Origin: Paraspadella gotoi
Lineage: Eukaryota > Animalia > Chaetognatha
Length of the DNA stretch: 57,362 nucleotides
Reading direction: 5' to 3'
Assembly: GCA_051294375.1 (NCBI GenBank)
Contig: CM119266.1
Span: forward strand, 24,496,922 to 24,554,283
The translations under genes and the position numbers were made by a program. A model generated the notes under the pieces. That model did not search any database and was not told where the DNA came from. It was given only the letters and a program-made list of their open reading frames with translations. This document shows, piece after piece, positions 1 through 10,716 of this stretch. The stretch's first letter is position 1; the number at the start of each line of letters is the position of its first letter.

Positions 1-1035
1 CTCTCTCTCTCCTTTCCTTCATCACAGACTTTTTTTTTCAGAAAACAAAAGATTTTCTCTTCTTGTCTCTAGAAAAACGTTTCTTTTTTTTTTCCTTTTT
101 TTCCTTTTTCCTCTTCCTCTTTCTCTCTCCCAGTTTTTTCTGCTCTATGATTTAAAAGAATTTGAAAACCCATTTTTCTTTTCAACCTCAACAAAAAAGA
201 AAAGATAGAAAATATAGGATCGGCGACGTCGGCGGCGGCGTCAGCGGCGTCGCCGGCAAACGGCCTTAGCGGCGTCGTCGGCGCTTAGACTAATGAGACT
301 TTTTTCCTTTTCTTTCTTCATTTTTTCTCTCCCACTTTTTCTATTTTTCCCTCCGTTCAGTTCTTCGTTATTTCTCTATCTTTTTTCGCTCTTCTTTTCT
401 CTTTCTCTTTCTCTTTATTTCTATTTCTCTTTCTTTCTCTTTTTCTTTCTCTTCCTCGATTTATTTCCCTCTCGTCTTCTTCCTTCTACCAAATCTTTTC
501 TCTTCTCTTACTTCTCCCCTTTCTCGTTCTCCCTTTTATTTTGCTCTCTTCCCCCCCCCTCTCTCTCTCTCTCTCTCCCCGTCTCTATCTCTCTCTCCCT
601 CTCGGGTTGAAAGGGTTGTTCCTTGATTTGCATTGAATATTCACGAGGCTTCACAGAGCGCGTGAGAGGGAGAAAGAATCACGACGAGCGACTCCCGGTT
701 TTTCTCTTTTTCTGCTTTCACGCTCTACAAAAATTAAGAGGAAAAAAAATTGGGTGATAGGGACGACGAGGCTGTTGTTGTTGTATTCAATCTTTTAAAT
801 AAACCTTTTTGGAAATTTAGACTTTTAATATGACTATTTACCTTAATTCTATTGTTCAAACAGTATAGCTTTCCATGTCATATAATTCCATACTATATAA
901 GGCATAACAAATTCATTTAACTCGCCATTTTATACTTCGAAAATTTTTTTTTTCATTTTGTTCTTCTCTACATTTCTCAGTTCATTTCTTTTTCGTTCAG
1001 TCCTAATATTCACCCTTTTATCCTCATCTTCTAAT

Positions 1036-1450
1036 CCGTTCACCTCATCATTCTTCTCACATTCTTCATCTATTCATTTAAACATTCGTTCCGCATTTCT
1101 CGCCCGTTCACCTCATCATTCATCTCACATTTCTCAACCATTCATCTCAACATTCGTTCCACATTTCTCGTCCATTCAGCTCATCATTCTTCTCACATTC
1201 CTCAACCATTCATCTCAACATTCGTTCCACATTTCTCGCCCGTTCACCTCATCATTCTTCTCACATTCTTCAACCATTCATCTCAACATTCGTTCCACAT
1301 TTCTCGCCCGTTCACCTCATCATTCATCTCACATTCCTCAACCATTCATCTCAACATTCGTTCCACATTTCTCGCCCGTTCACCTCATCATTCATCTCAC
1401 ATTCCTCAACCATTCATCTCAACATTCGTTCCACATTTCTCGCCCGTTCA
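1036..1450. repeat. 68-bp minisatellite, about 6 copies
   Basis: CATTCGTTCC recurs at 1083, 1151, 1219, 1287, 1355 and 1423 (period 68). Explains the repetitive ORF 958-1518. Confidence 0.95.
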
Positions 1451-1586
1451 TTTCACCTCTCATTCTTAAATCCCCGGGCCGTTCATCACAAACCTTCATA
1501 TCTCATTTTTTTTTCTAATAGCTTTTTTCCCAGCGTTAATTGCGGCTCGGCGGTGGGCCCAGCGACAACGCTGTTGGAGAAAGGAA

Positions 1587-1616
1587 TGATGATGATGCAT
1601 GATAGATGATGATGAT

Positions 1617-1653
<37 letters not shown>

Positions 1654-1740
1654 AATAAATAATAATACATAAATAATAGATAAAATAATAAATATATAAT
1701 AATATATAATAATATATAATAATAATAATAATAATTAATA
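1587..1740. repeat. (GAT)n microsatellite followed by (AAT)-rich low complexity
   Basis: Directly visible. Confidence 0.9.
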
Positions 1741-1940
1741 AAAGTTGAGTTCCAGTTTATTAAATATTTTTTATTTCCCCTATTTGTCTTCTCTCTATTC
1801 TTCCTTTCCCCTTCCCCCTTCCCCCTTTCCCTCCCGCCTCGTTATCCCTTTCCCCACCCCTTCCCTTCCCTCCGTCCACATCCCCATATCCCTCCCTCCT
1901 CCAACTATTCCACAAGATCGCCTGCTTTTTTCGTTTTCAG

Positions 1941-2017
1941 GATTCCCTCACCACCACGCGGCGCCCTACGGCGTCACGATAGGCAGGAAGAAGCGAAAGC
2001 CCTACACCAAACATCAA
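1941..2017 (+). CDS. Posterior-class (Abd-B-like) Hox gene 1, internal coding exon encoding the linker and homeodomain residues 1-12
   Basis: Acceptor ttttttcgttttcAG (1939-1940) and donor CAA|GTAAAC (2018). Reads (G)FPHHHAAPYGVTIGRKKRKPYTKHQ; RKKRKPY is the posterior-Hox N-terminal arm. Starts in phase 1, and the upstream exon and start codon were not identified. Confidence 0.9.
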
Positions 2018-2491
2018 GTAAACAAAATAAAACAAAATCCCGGCGCCCTCTGGCGATTCCTGGCTTAATTAGTTCGTTATAATTAGAGAGATTTTTAATC
2101 ATTTGTTGGTTTGTTTTTTTTTCTCGAGTTTTCCCTTCGTTTGTTTTGCTTGTGTTTTTTTTTCTCGCGTTTTTTTTCCCTTAAATTCTCTCATGACTTT
2201 TTTTTTTAATGGAAAACATTCCCGTTTTATACTTAATTATTATTTACTTTACAGTTTGTTCTTATATCATATTTAATAATCAATAATTATAAAAAGCGTC
2301 AAATTTCTCTAAAAAAAACAAAACACCTCGTTAATATAACATTTTATTCTTGGCGGCCTCGTCAATTGGCTAAAAATTTCCGGATAGTTCAACTCAATAA
2401 GAGTTATTTGCATAATTGATCTATAACGTACAATAGACACAAGAAAACATTATGAAGAGTATTAACTCCCCATTTCGATTCCACCTCATAG

Positions 2492-2587
2492 ACGTTCATT
2501 CTGGAACAAGAGTATTTGATGTCGACCTACATCACTCGACAGAGAAGACTCGAACTGGCGAGGAACCTCAGCCTCACTGAGCGACAG
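2492..2587 (+). CDS. Posterior Hox gene 1, exon encoding homeodomain residues 13-44
   Basis: ccacctcatAG acceptor and CAG|GTGGGG donor. Exactly 96 bp = TFILEQEYLMSTYITRQRRLELARNLSLTERQ, joining in frame to both neighbouring exons. Missed by the ORF track. Confidence 0.93.
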
Positions 2588-3380
2588 GTGGGGGATGGTG
2601 GTGGGGTGGGTGAGGGGGTGGGTGGTGAAAAGGCGAAGATGATTCACTGATTAACAATTAATAATCGAGTAGACTGACTGACTTTCTGGAGGTGGTCATC
2701 GTCGTTGTCTTCGTCGTGTCTCACACACGGAAGCGCATTCACATCCACACATCCAAATACATACAAATACTCTCGCGCGCACGCTCAAAAAGACACAAAC
2801 ATACAAACATACAAACACGCACGCGCACATAAGTCCAAAACCCGTGATGGAGCGATCGAAGCAAGTGGAACTCTTCTCATCTCGACTCAGATCTCGGGGC
2901 GGTTGAGCTCTCGGNNNNNNNNNNNNNNNNNNNNNNNNNNNNNNNNNNNNNNNNNNNNNNNNNNNNNNNNNNNNNNNNNNNNNNNNNNNNNNNNNNNNNN
3001 NNNNNNNNNNNNNNNNNNNNNNNNNNNNNNNNNNNNNNNNNNNNNNNNNNNNNNNNNNNNNNNNNNNNNNNNNNNNNNNNNNNNNNNNNNNNNNNNNNNN
3101 NNNNNNNNNNNNNNNNNNNNNNNNNNNNNNNNNNNNNNNNNNNNNNNNNNNNNNNNNNNNNNNNNNNNNNNNNNNNNNNNNNNNNCACCAGGTGGCCTTC
3201 GCCATCGTCGTTGTCGTCGTTTACGTCAACTTCGTCGTTGTCGTCGTCGTTTCTGTCAACTCGGTCGCCGTCGACGAATTAAAAAAAAAGGCTTTAAATT
3301 ATATAAACACAGGGGAAACATACTTTTCATATTTGTAAAAAAATATTATTTCTAATTTTCCTTCCAATTTTGTCCTTCAG

Positions 3381-3479
3381 GTGAAAATTTGGTTTCAAAA
3401 TCGAAGAATGAAAACGAAAAAACTTCGAGAACGAAACAAGGTGTCCGTTGGAGCGGATTCCACGGCCGATTCCAACTGA
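3381..3479 (+). CDS. Posterior Hox gene 1, last coding exon (helix 3 and C-terminus)
   Basis: ttttgtccttcAG acceptor. Reads [32 protein letters not shown] then TGA (3477-3479), completing a 60-residue homeodomain. Confidence 0.93.
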   Translation: MKIWFQNRRMKTKKLRERNKVSVGADSTADSN

Positions 3480-3559
3480 AAACAAAAGACAAAACAGAAA
3501 AAAAAACGGAGGAAAACAAAAGACAAGGGGACCTCTCCCTTCCTCCATTACCAACAACC

Positions 3560-6500
3560 TAAAAAGAGAGAGAATACTCATATACTGAGAGAACAAGTAG
3601 TTCTATCTCTCAGCGAAGCGACAATGTACAACCTAAGAATAATCCGCACAGAGATAGAACTCGAGAACTCAACGGCGAGAGAACGTACAGCCTCAAGACC
3701 TATGAGAGTAGCGTACAAAGGGTCGGCAGTAGCGTGGCTCCGAGTAGCGGGGTGTTGGTGTGTGAGGCGCATGCGTGGGGTGAAGAAGGCGAGACAAGTA
3801 TGATTCTATCTGATGTTTCACGATGCTAAACTGAATCAGAGTAAGCAGGTGGAGCGTGGACTTTCTTGTCGGAGGTCATGGTACGCACGATATGTTCATC
3901 GGCGTGTCTCAACACACGGGACAACGGAGCTTATCTTCACACACACTATCCAGAGCAATACACTAATACAATACACTATATTTTGGGACTACTCTTCTTG
4001 AGTCTGCGGACGGTCTAGGAAGTTTGGTAAAACTCGCACCAGGTTAAAAAACATCAAAAAAACCTATACCAAAACAGAAAACAACACAACAGTCACCAGA
4101 GCACAGTCCATATATAACAGCCCGTTGATAGTATTTATCGTTATCGTGAGGGAGGAGGGAGGTGGAGAGAAATCTCTTTCTCACACATTCTGATCCAGTT
4201 ATTCTTCGTGATACTATTGCTGGTGTGTTATTTGACTACTACAGTGGTTTCTGGGTGAGAGAGTGGGACTAATTACTGAGACGAGGGCGGAGAGGCGCAC
4301 ACACGGTGAATAGGAGGAGAAAAGAAAATACAGTTGACACAAACGGCAAGTCTTGATATTATGTTGTGTCTCTCTCTACTACTCTACTGCTCACTCTCTT
4401 CTCTTATTTATCCCTACCTCTCCCGCTCCAGATACTTAAATCTCTTCGTCTTTAGCATCGTCTCAAAATTCACGTTAAAAATATACATCTCCCCAGACCG
4501 AATTGCGGTGAATATAAGCTTCCTCATTAGATCCTTCAAATGTCCATTCCATCTTTGTCCTAAAGTCACGGATGCTCCAAATACTAAAAGAGGAATATAT
4601 CTTCCTCTTCTCATCATCTCTGACATCTGCTGTCGAAATCATCGACTTTGGTCAGAGCCACCACCGATAGAACAATGATAAGCCGGAAAGTTAAATTGTT
4701 CCCTACAAGAGAGATGGTTCGCTTTCGCTCGTCTAGACGACTCGCAGTCGTAGGTATTACATGCCGTTTTCGATCCTATTTGAAATAATTTCTCGTTTCG
4801 CGATAAAATACGAGTATTCCGTCGTGCGTTAAAAATCTCACCGGTACGTACTGGTTTTTATATACGGGGTGAGGGATGAAGGAGGAGAGAGTGAGAGAGA
4901 GACGCGGTGAGATGCCTGCTTGAGTGTTGTGTGTGTTCCTTCAATGTATTATATGGATGCACTGACGCTGTGTTGTATGGTGAGTATTGAGAGCGAGGTG
5001 AGAGCTGAAATCGCATATGATGTAAAGACAGCAGTAACAATCGAGGTTTTGTAAATCGGAGCACACTTCATACTGATGACCACTGCATCGTCTGTCGATA
5101 GATGACGAGACGCAGAGGAGAGCAGAGGAGAATCATTTACGCAGTTAGATGTGAGATGAGCGAGAGAGTAGTATATATGATATTGTGGAGAGGAGAAAAG
5201 AGAGAGAGAGAGAGTCGATAATGAAGAGTGGAGGATTGCGTGAAATGTGCCTGTTTATGAAGTGAGTAGGCTTCACCTCATTACGAATACCACTGATACG
5301 CATTTACAGTGTATATAACAGTGGTTATCTGGATTCCACCACTCAGGTGGTGACTCGTATTCTAAGATACATGTGATGAGAGTAGTTACAGAATGAAACC
5401 AGCATAGAAGACACGAGTGGTAGAGAAGACGAAGGTATACTAGCATCGAAGAAAAACCTCATCAGACACGCGCTCGTCACCAGCTCAAATGAACGGACGT
5501 CGAATGACTCGCACATCCATGACTGGATCGACACTTCTAGAGAGAGATTCTCACTTCGGACGCGGAGCAGAGTCTCTGTCTGACACATACGAGATGCCTA
5601 TTGACTCATAGATCCGAAGGAAAAGGAAGAAAATATATCACGCCGAGAGGGAAGAGAAGAGAGAGGAGTTAGGACAGAGGCATTCGAGAGTTAGATGCTT
5701 CATCTCGTATCCTGTTATGAGTGACTGTTATGACGTGGTGAGAATACTCTAATAATGTAACTAAAGCGACGCACACTACGAGCAACGAACTGCTACAATA
5801 GAGAAGAGCACGAGCACGCGAAACGTACGAGAGTTAGTGACTCGGCACCGATATCGATAGAGTGGAGGTATCGACACGTGCTAGAGCGAGAGATAGAATT
5901 CCTTATTTAGTACCAGAGAGCAAACGACGGAGAGATACAGTGTTCTGATACAGCTCATTCGAGAGAGAGTGGATATATACGTAACGCGGTAACGAAACGC
6001 AGCCAAGTCGATGGGACTTCCTTGAAATCACAAATTAACAAACGAACAGATGGCCACTCAAAAAAGACACGTCATCGAACTCATCGTGTCGGAGGATTGA
6101 CTGAATTTTCGAACACGTGTCGCCACGTGCGTCCGGCGGTACGACAGGCAGCGACTGTGACCGGAGTTCGTGGGTCATCTTTGACGAGTAGCACGCCATA
6201 AATTGACTTACCATTTTAATTTTTTTACTTATTAGAGCCTGACCGGGAACACTTCCTTTACTTTTGTCTCGCAGTCACTCACCGAGAACCGATATTTTTC
6301 TGGATGTTATATATTTTTCTGCATCTCTATTCTACACGTCCGGCCTCTGTATTTCACTCCCGCTCACTTCTTGGTCGAAATACGCACGCGATACACACAA
6401 CACTGTCGAGAGTACGTTCATCCAGAAGTCGCTTTTTCCTTTAGAGTTTAATGCTAAATACAGAGAGTCTACGTGTGTTCTCACGTACTTTCTTCTTCTT

Positions 6501-6620
6501 CTTTACTCTTCTTCTTCGTGTCAGTTGTACGCATCTTGCATTCTCTTGTTCTCATCTAACAGCGACAACATTGACGTCACACAATCTCATGCTTAAAATC
6601 AATACATCTTTATGAACTTA
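3560..6620 (+). other. Highly degraded, insertion-rich copy of ~30960-32300; probable raw long-read gap fill
   Basis: Collinear anchors: CCCAGACCGA 4492/31411, GTACTGGTTTT 4848/31608, GCTGAAATCGC 5004/31748, CACTGCAT(T)CGTCTGTCGATAGATGA 5081/31813, GCGACAACATTGACG 6562/32256. Ends at an N gap. Confidence 0.7.
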
Positions 6621-7603
6621 NNNNNNNNNNNNNNNNNNNNNNNNNTCTCTCTCTCGGTTCGTCTCTTCTTCTTAAATCTAAAGCGATAAATGTTTTTTAT
6701 TCATTTCGAAATATACGATCTTGTGGGAAAAGGAGAAGAACCGGTTATATGAAACGTTTATCTTTTTTAATGAATGCCCTTTTTCTCGTTTCAAAGCGAT
6801 TATTGTGGAGAACAATTTTGTTGAAAAGCGATATATTTTTCTTCTTTTGAGAAAGTGATTCGTCTCCAAACTTTTTTTTTCGATCTTTACTTTTACGTAT
6901 AGCTTACCGAATTAATTTTTTTTTTTTGGTTCTACCGCACTATTTGATAAAACAGATATTTTTTTTAAATACTTTTTTCCCGATCTAGTCCAACGATATT
7001 TTTCAGAATTTAGAAATTCGGTTGTTTTTTTTCCTTTAGATTTTCGTTCCCCTATGGAGGAACTGTCACACAATCATCCCTTACTAGTCCCAGGTCTCAG
7101 AATCGTTGCAGAAAAAGAATATATGTAAATAGGTCATACTTAATCATAACATTATGAATAGAAAATGAGTTGTTTTTTTTTTAACTTGAGCTGTCTTCTT
7201 TTTTTTATCACGACAGAAGTTAAACAAATGTTTTGTCCAGAAACTTTTACGAATGTAAACCTTAAAATATAATAGTTGAATTCGAAAATAAGTTGACACG
7301 CCTTCTTATTTCGATTTTCGCTACGTTCTCGGTGATAGACATTCTGTCCAAACTATTTGCAGCGATAAGTAACTTTGATATGTGAACAATGTTAGATTGA
7401 CCCATTATAAAATTTCATTCTTCAATAAAGTTAATTTTTCTCATATTTTCTGAGCCATATCTTCTAAATTTCTTTCACCGGGATCGTAGTAATTTTACTA
7501 TCTTTTCGACTCGCTCTCTGTTTCTCACCATCTCTCTCTCTATCTCTATTGCTGATCTTTTGTCTTTCAAATCGAGCTTCTTGCGAGAAAAATAGAAAAA
7601 CAA

Positions 7604-10600
7604 TAAGAGAAAATTTTTTAACATCTTTATTAGACGACATCTACTTATGCTACTCATGAAATTCTCATTGTATCAGTATCAAATAAATTGTTTGATGTTG
7701 TATGCTATTGATTTTCCACTTTATTTTTCAAGTAAATAGAAGCAGAAGCATAAATAAATGGACAGCATAATAAAGTTTGGACAGCCAGTTTTTTTTAATT
7801 TCGGGAAGAAAGATTAAGTCCTCAGTGACTGAATTTGTTTTTCTTGTTTATTTAGAACAGAGTGGATTAGAGGTATTTTTAATTACATTCAGTTTTAGAT
7901 AGTTCTGATACTTTTAAGAAATCTATGTGTATCTGTTCACCTAAAACGCCGTTATATTTTAATACGGAAATATCAGCGAGAAAACTAATTTCTCAATTCA
8001 TGTTATAAAAACGTCGGCTATACTGGCTTTAGGCGTGAACAATTCTGACGATATATGGGCCTACTTAGGTTAGTCGTCTCAGCCCTTTCAATATCAAAAA
8101 TTTGGCGAACTTCTACAAAATTAAAGTTAGCAAAAATTGTAAGGTTTTCTACACAAACAACCCCAGAAAAGAATAAGCAAAACATTTGTTTTTTATATTC
8201 GAGCCAATTACTTTAAACCCGTCAAGGGAATTCCGCTCACGATTCGCGACCTGCGAACTCGTGAAACTGTAATTCTGTGAAGGAAAGACGGGATGAAGTT
8301 GTGACCTTAAATTGGGTTGGATTCGTTAAATTCACCAAGAGACGTGAGAGAGGGCGAGGCGTCGAATCCCCAACGCCCCCTTCCATCTTTTTCGACAAAG
8401 GAATAAAAAGGGAGATTCTTTTTAACGAAGAATAATTTGCATAATTACGCGAGTAAAAGAGACAGATATGTTATGAAAACTTATTCTTTAAAAAAATAAA
8501 AAGCAATAAGTATTAAGGGACACCATCGCGACCTGAACTTTATTACATCGTTTTGATAATCTAAAGACCTGGTAAAATATTTACTGGGAGAAGAGCGTTT
8601 GAAAGTTCTCCGTTTTTTTTTTTTTTTTTTTTGTTAATACTTCGCAGGGACCGTAGCGAGGCTAATAGTAATGATAAAATCCGAGAAGCGACATCTGTCA
8701 CCCGCGACGCCATCTGTCAATTATGACGTCATTGTCGTCTACGTCAGACTTGGCTCATCAGGTGTAATCTTTCCATAATGGCGCGTTTCGTCATGAAGAC
8801 CGGACGAACCTGAAAATAAAGTTAGTAGACAATTAGTCTATTCGTAATTTATTCGATAGTATATCCAAACTAAATGAATTTTCGTCTCTTCACGTGTTAG
8901 AATTTACAGGATATTAAGCAGAACGTCATTTGGACCGATAATAGTCACGTCTCACGTCCGCCCCGAATTTCCTGCGTTCTTTTCACCTCGGAAAAAAAAA
9001 GAAGAAAATTAAAATGATTTTCAGATTAACGAGTTCACCTGTCATAAATCATGCAGACCGGTTTTTGTTAGCACGGCCTACGTTTTTTAGCAAATCAATG
9101 TTGAAACGATCATACTAATAACTAATAGGATGAGATCCAAATATTTTACAAACTAGCATTCACGTAAAGAAACATTGCTTAATAGTGTAAGAAATTGATA
9201 AACGTTTTACGATTTTGTGATTTTGTCCCTGTCGTCGTCTTCGTCGTCGTTGGAGACTTTATCGTCTTTCTCATCGTCTACGAATCCATCTTCGTCTCCA
9301 TCTTCGTCTCCATCGTCGTCGTCTTTCGTAGCTTGAGCTCATTACTTTTGTGACGTTAGTATCCACATCTAGCACTATCTTTCGTCGTCTTGCTCCCTCT
9401 TCTTTTCGTTCCTTGAAGGTCTTCGCGCTCTTCGTACTCTCTCTCTCTGCTGCATCAACAAGGTCATCCTTCTCTCTCTCGTCTCTCTCATCAGCTCTGC
9501 TCTCTCTCTGCAGCTCCTCTCTCATCTCTCTCGGCGTTGCGGTTGCCTTACGTCCGCCGCTCATACCGCTTGAGTCGAGGTGTGACTACGTTTTTGCACA
9601 CGGGAGCTCGGCTGGCCGGGGTAACGCGCGGCGGGAAAAATGGGCGAGATAGAGGAACGAGAGTGAGAGAGAGACGGAGTGGAATTGAGACGGATCGTGG
9701 AAAGATGGAGTGCGAGATACGGAGCGAGAAAAGAGATGGTGGATTCTTCCGCGTTTTATTTTTTGTTGTTGTTGTTGTTGCTTTCTTTCTTTTTGCAATT
9801 ATTTTTTTTCTTAATTCGAAATTAATTTTTTTATCGTATTTATTTTCGTTCGTATTTTTGATTTCGTCGACGAAAAATTAAAGGAAAGTGAAACAAAAAA
9901 ATCCTGCGAAGTGACTACGGAGGGATCGTGAGAGCGAGACGTTCCGTCGGTCTCTCTCTCTCTCATTTTCTCGGCAACGCTATCTCTCGCTCTCTGTCTC
10001 TCTCTCTCTCTCTTTCTCCGGTTGACAGACTCTCACTCTCTCTTTCTCTCTGTCTGAGTCACGACTTGAGACTTGACTGGCGAGAGGAGGGAAGAAGGAA
10101 GAGGAGGAAGAGAAGAGAAAAACGGAGAAAGAGGGAGGGAAGGAGGAAGAAGAGGGAGGGAGGAAAAAAATACGGAGACACAGGTGGATCCTTGTTCTTT
10201 TATCTCTCTCTCTNNNNNNNNNNNNNNNNTTCTCTCTCAAAGAAAAGAATATTTGAAAATCATAGTTGAATGGGTATGAAAATTAAAATTTAGTTTTAAT
10301 ATCCTCTTAAAATTGCAAAGACAAATCAAAAAAAAGTTTTTTTAGTTTATTTTGTATCGAAGCGAAGATATTAAAAAAATGTTGTTCAAATTGTTTTGAC
10401 TAAATTCGCAATTTTTTTGTTACATTGTTATTTTTTTTCCGCATTTTTTTTAAAGTCTGTGAATGTCGAGTTTTCTCGCTCGTGATTTTCACGTGAAAAG
10501 TCAGACCGGGAAATTCTCTCTCTCTTTCTCTCTCTCTCTCTTTTCGGGCTCGAGAGTTTGGGGATTTTTCGGCCGCCGGACTTTTCCGATTGGCCGAGTG

Positions 10601-10716
10601 GTCAGGTGACGTCTTCGTCGGGGGACGCTGATTGGTCGACGGAGAGGGAGTCACGTGACGGTCACGTGGTCTCAAGGATCGAGGGTCACGTGAGCGACGA
10701 CGACGACCGAGACGAC
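7604..10716 (+). repeat. Segment A, copy 1 (direct duplicate of 19030-22236)
   Basis: Collinear from TAAGAGAAA...TTAACATCTTTATTAGACGACATC to GTCACGTGAGCGACGACGACGACCGAGACGAC, with many 1-3 bp indels. Confidence 0.95.
10589..10693 (-). promoter_or_regulatory. Promoter-like cluster: two CCAAT boxes, a CRE-like site and three GTCACGTG E-boxes
   Basis: ATTGG 10589 and 10631; TGACGTC 10607; GTCACGTGAC 10650; GTCACGTGG 10661; GTCACGTGA 10685. CpG-rich context; duplicated at ~22104-22208. Confidence 0.45.

Noticed and set aside
217-288. GC-rich patch reading GSATSAAASAASPANGLSGVVGA* as a possible upstream exon of Hox gene 1
   Set aside because: It ends in a stop, has no convincing donor, and the putative acceptor lacks an adjacent polypyrimidine tract.
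1036-1450. CRISPR-like array
   Set aside because: Whole 68-bp units are repeated with no unique spacers, there are no cas genes, and the context is eukaryotic.
1534-1552. Possible micro-exon between ttttttcccAG and GTGGGC
   Set aside because: The frame needed to join the 1941 exon contains TAA.
8740-8800. Hammerhead-like words CGAAAC and CTGATGAG on the minus strand
   Set aside because: Stems II and III and the NUH cleavage site cannot be formed.
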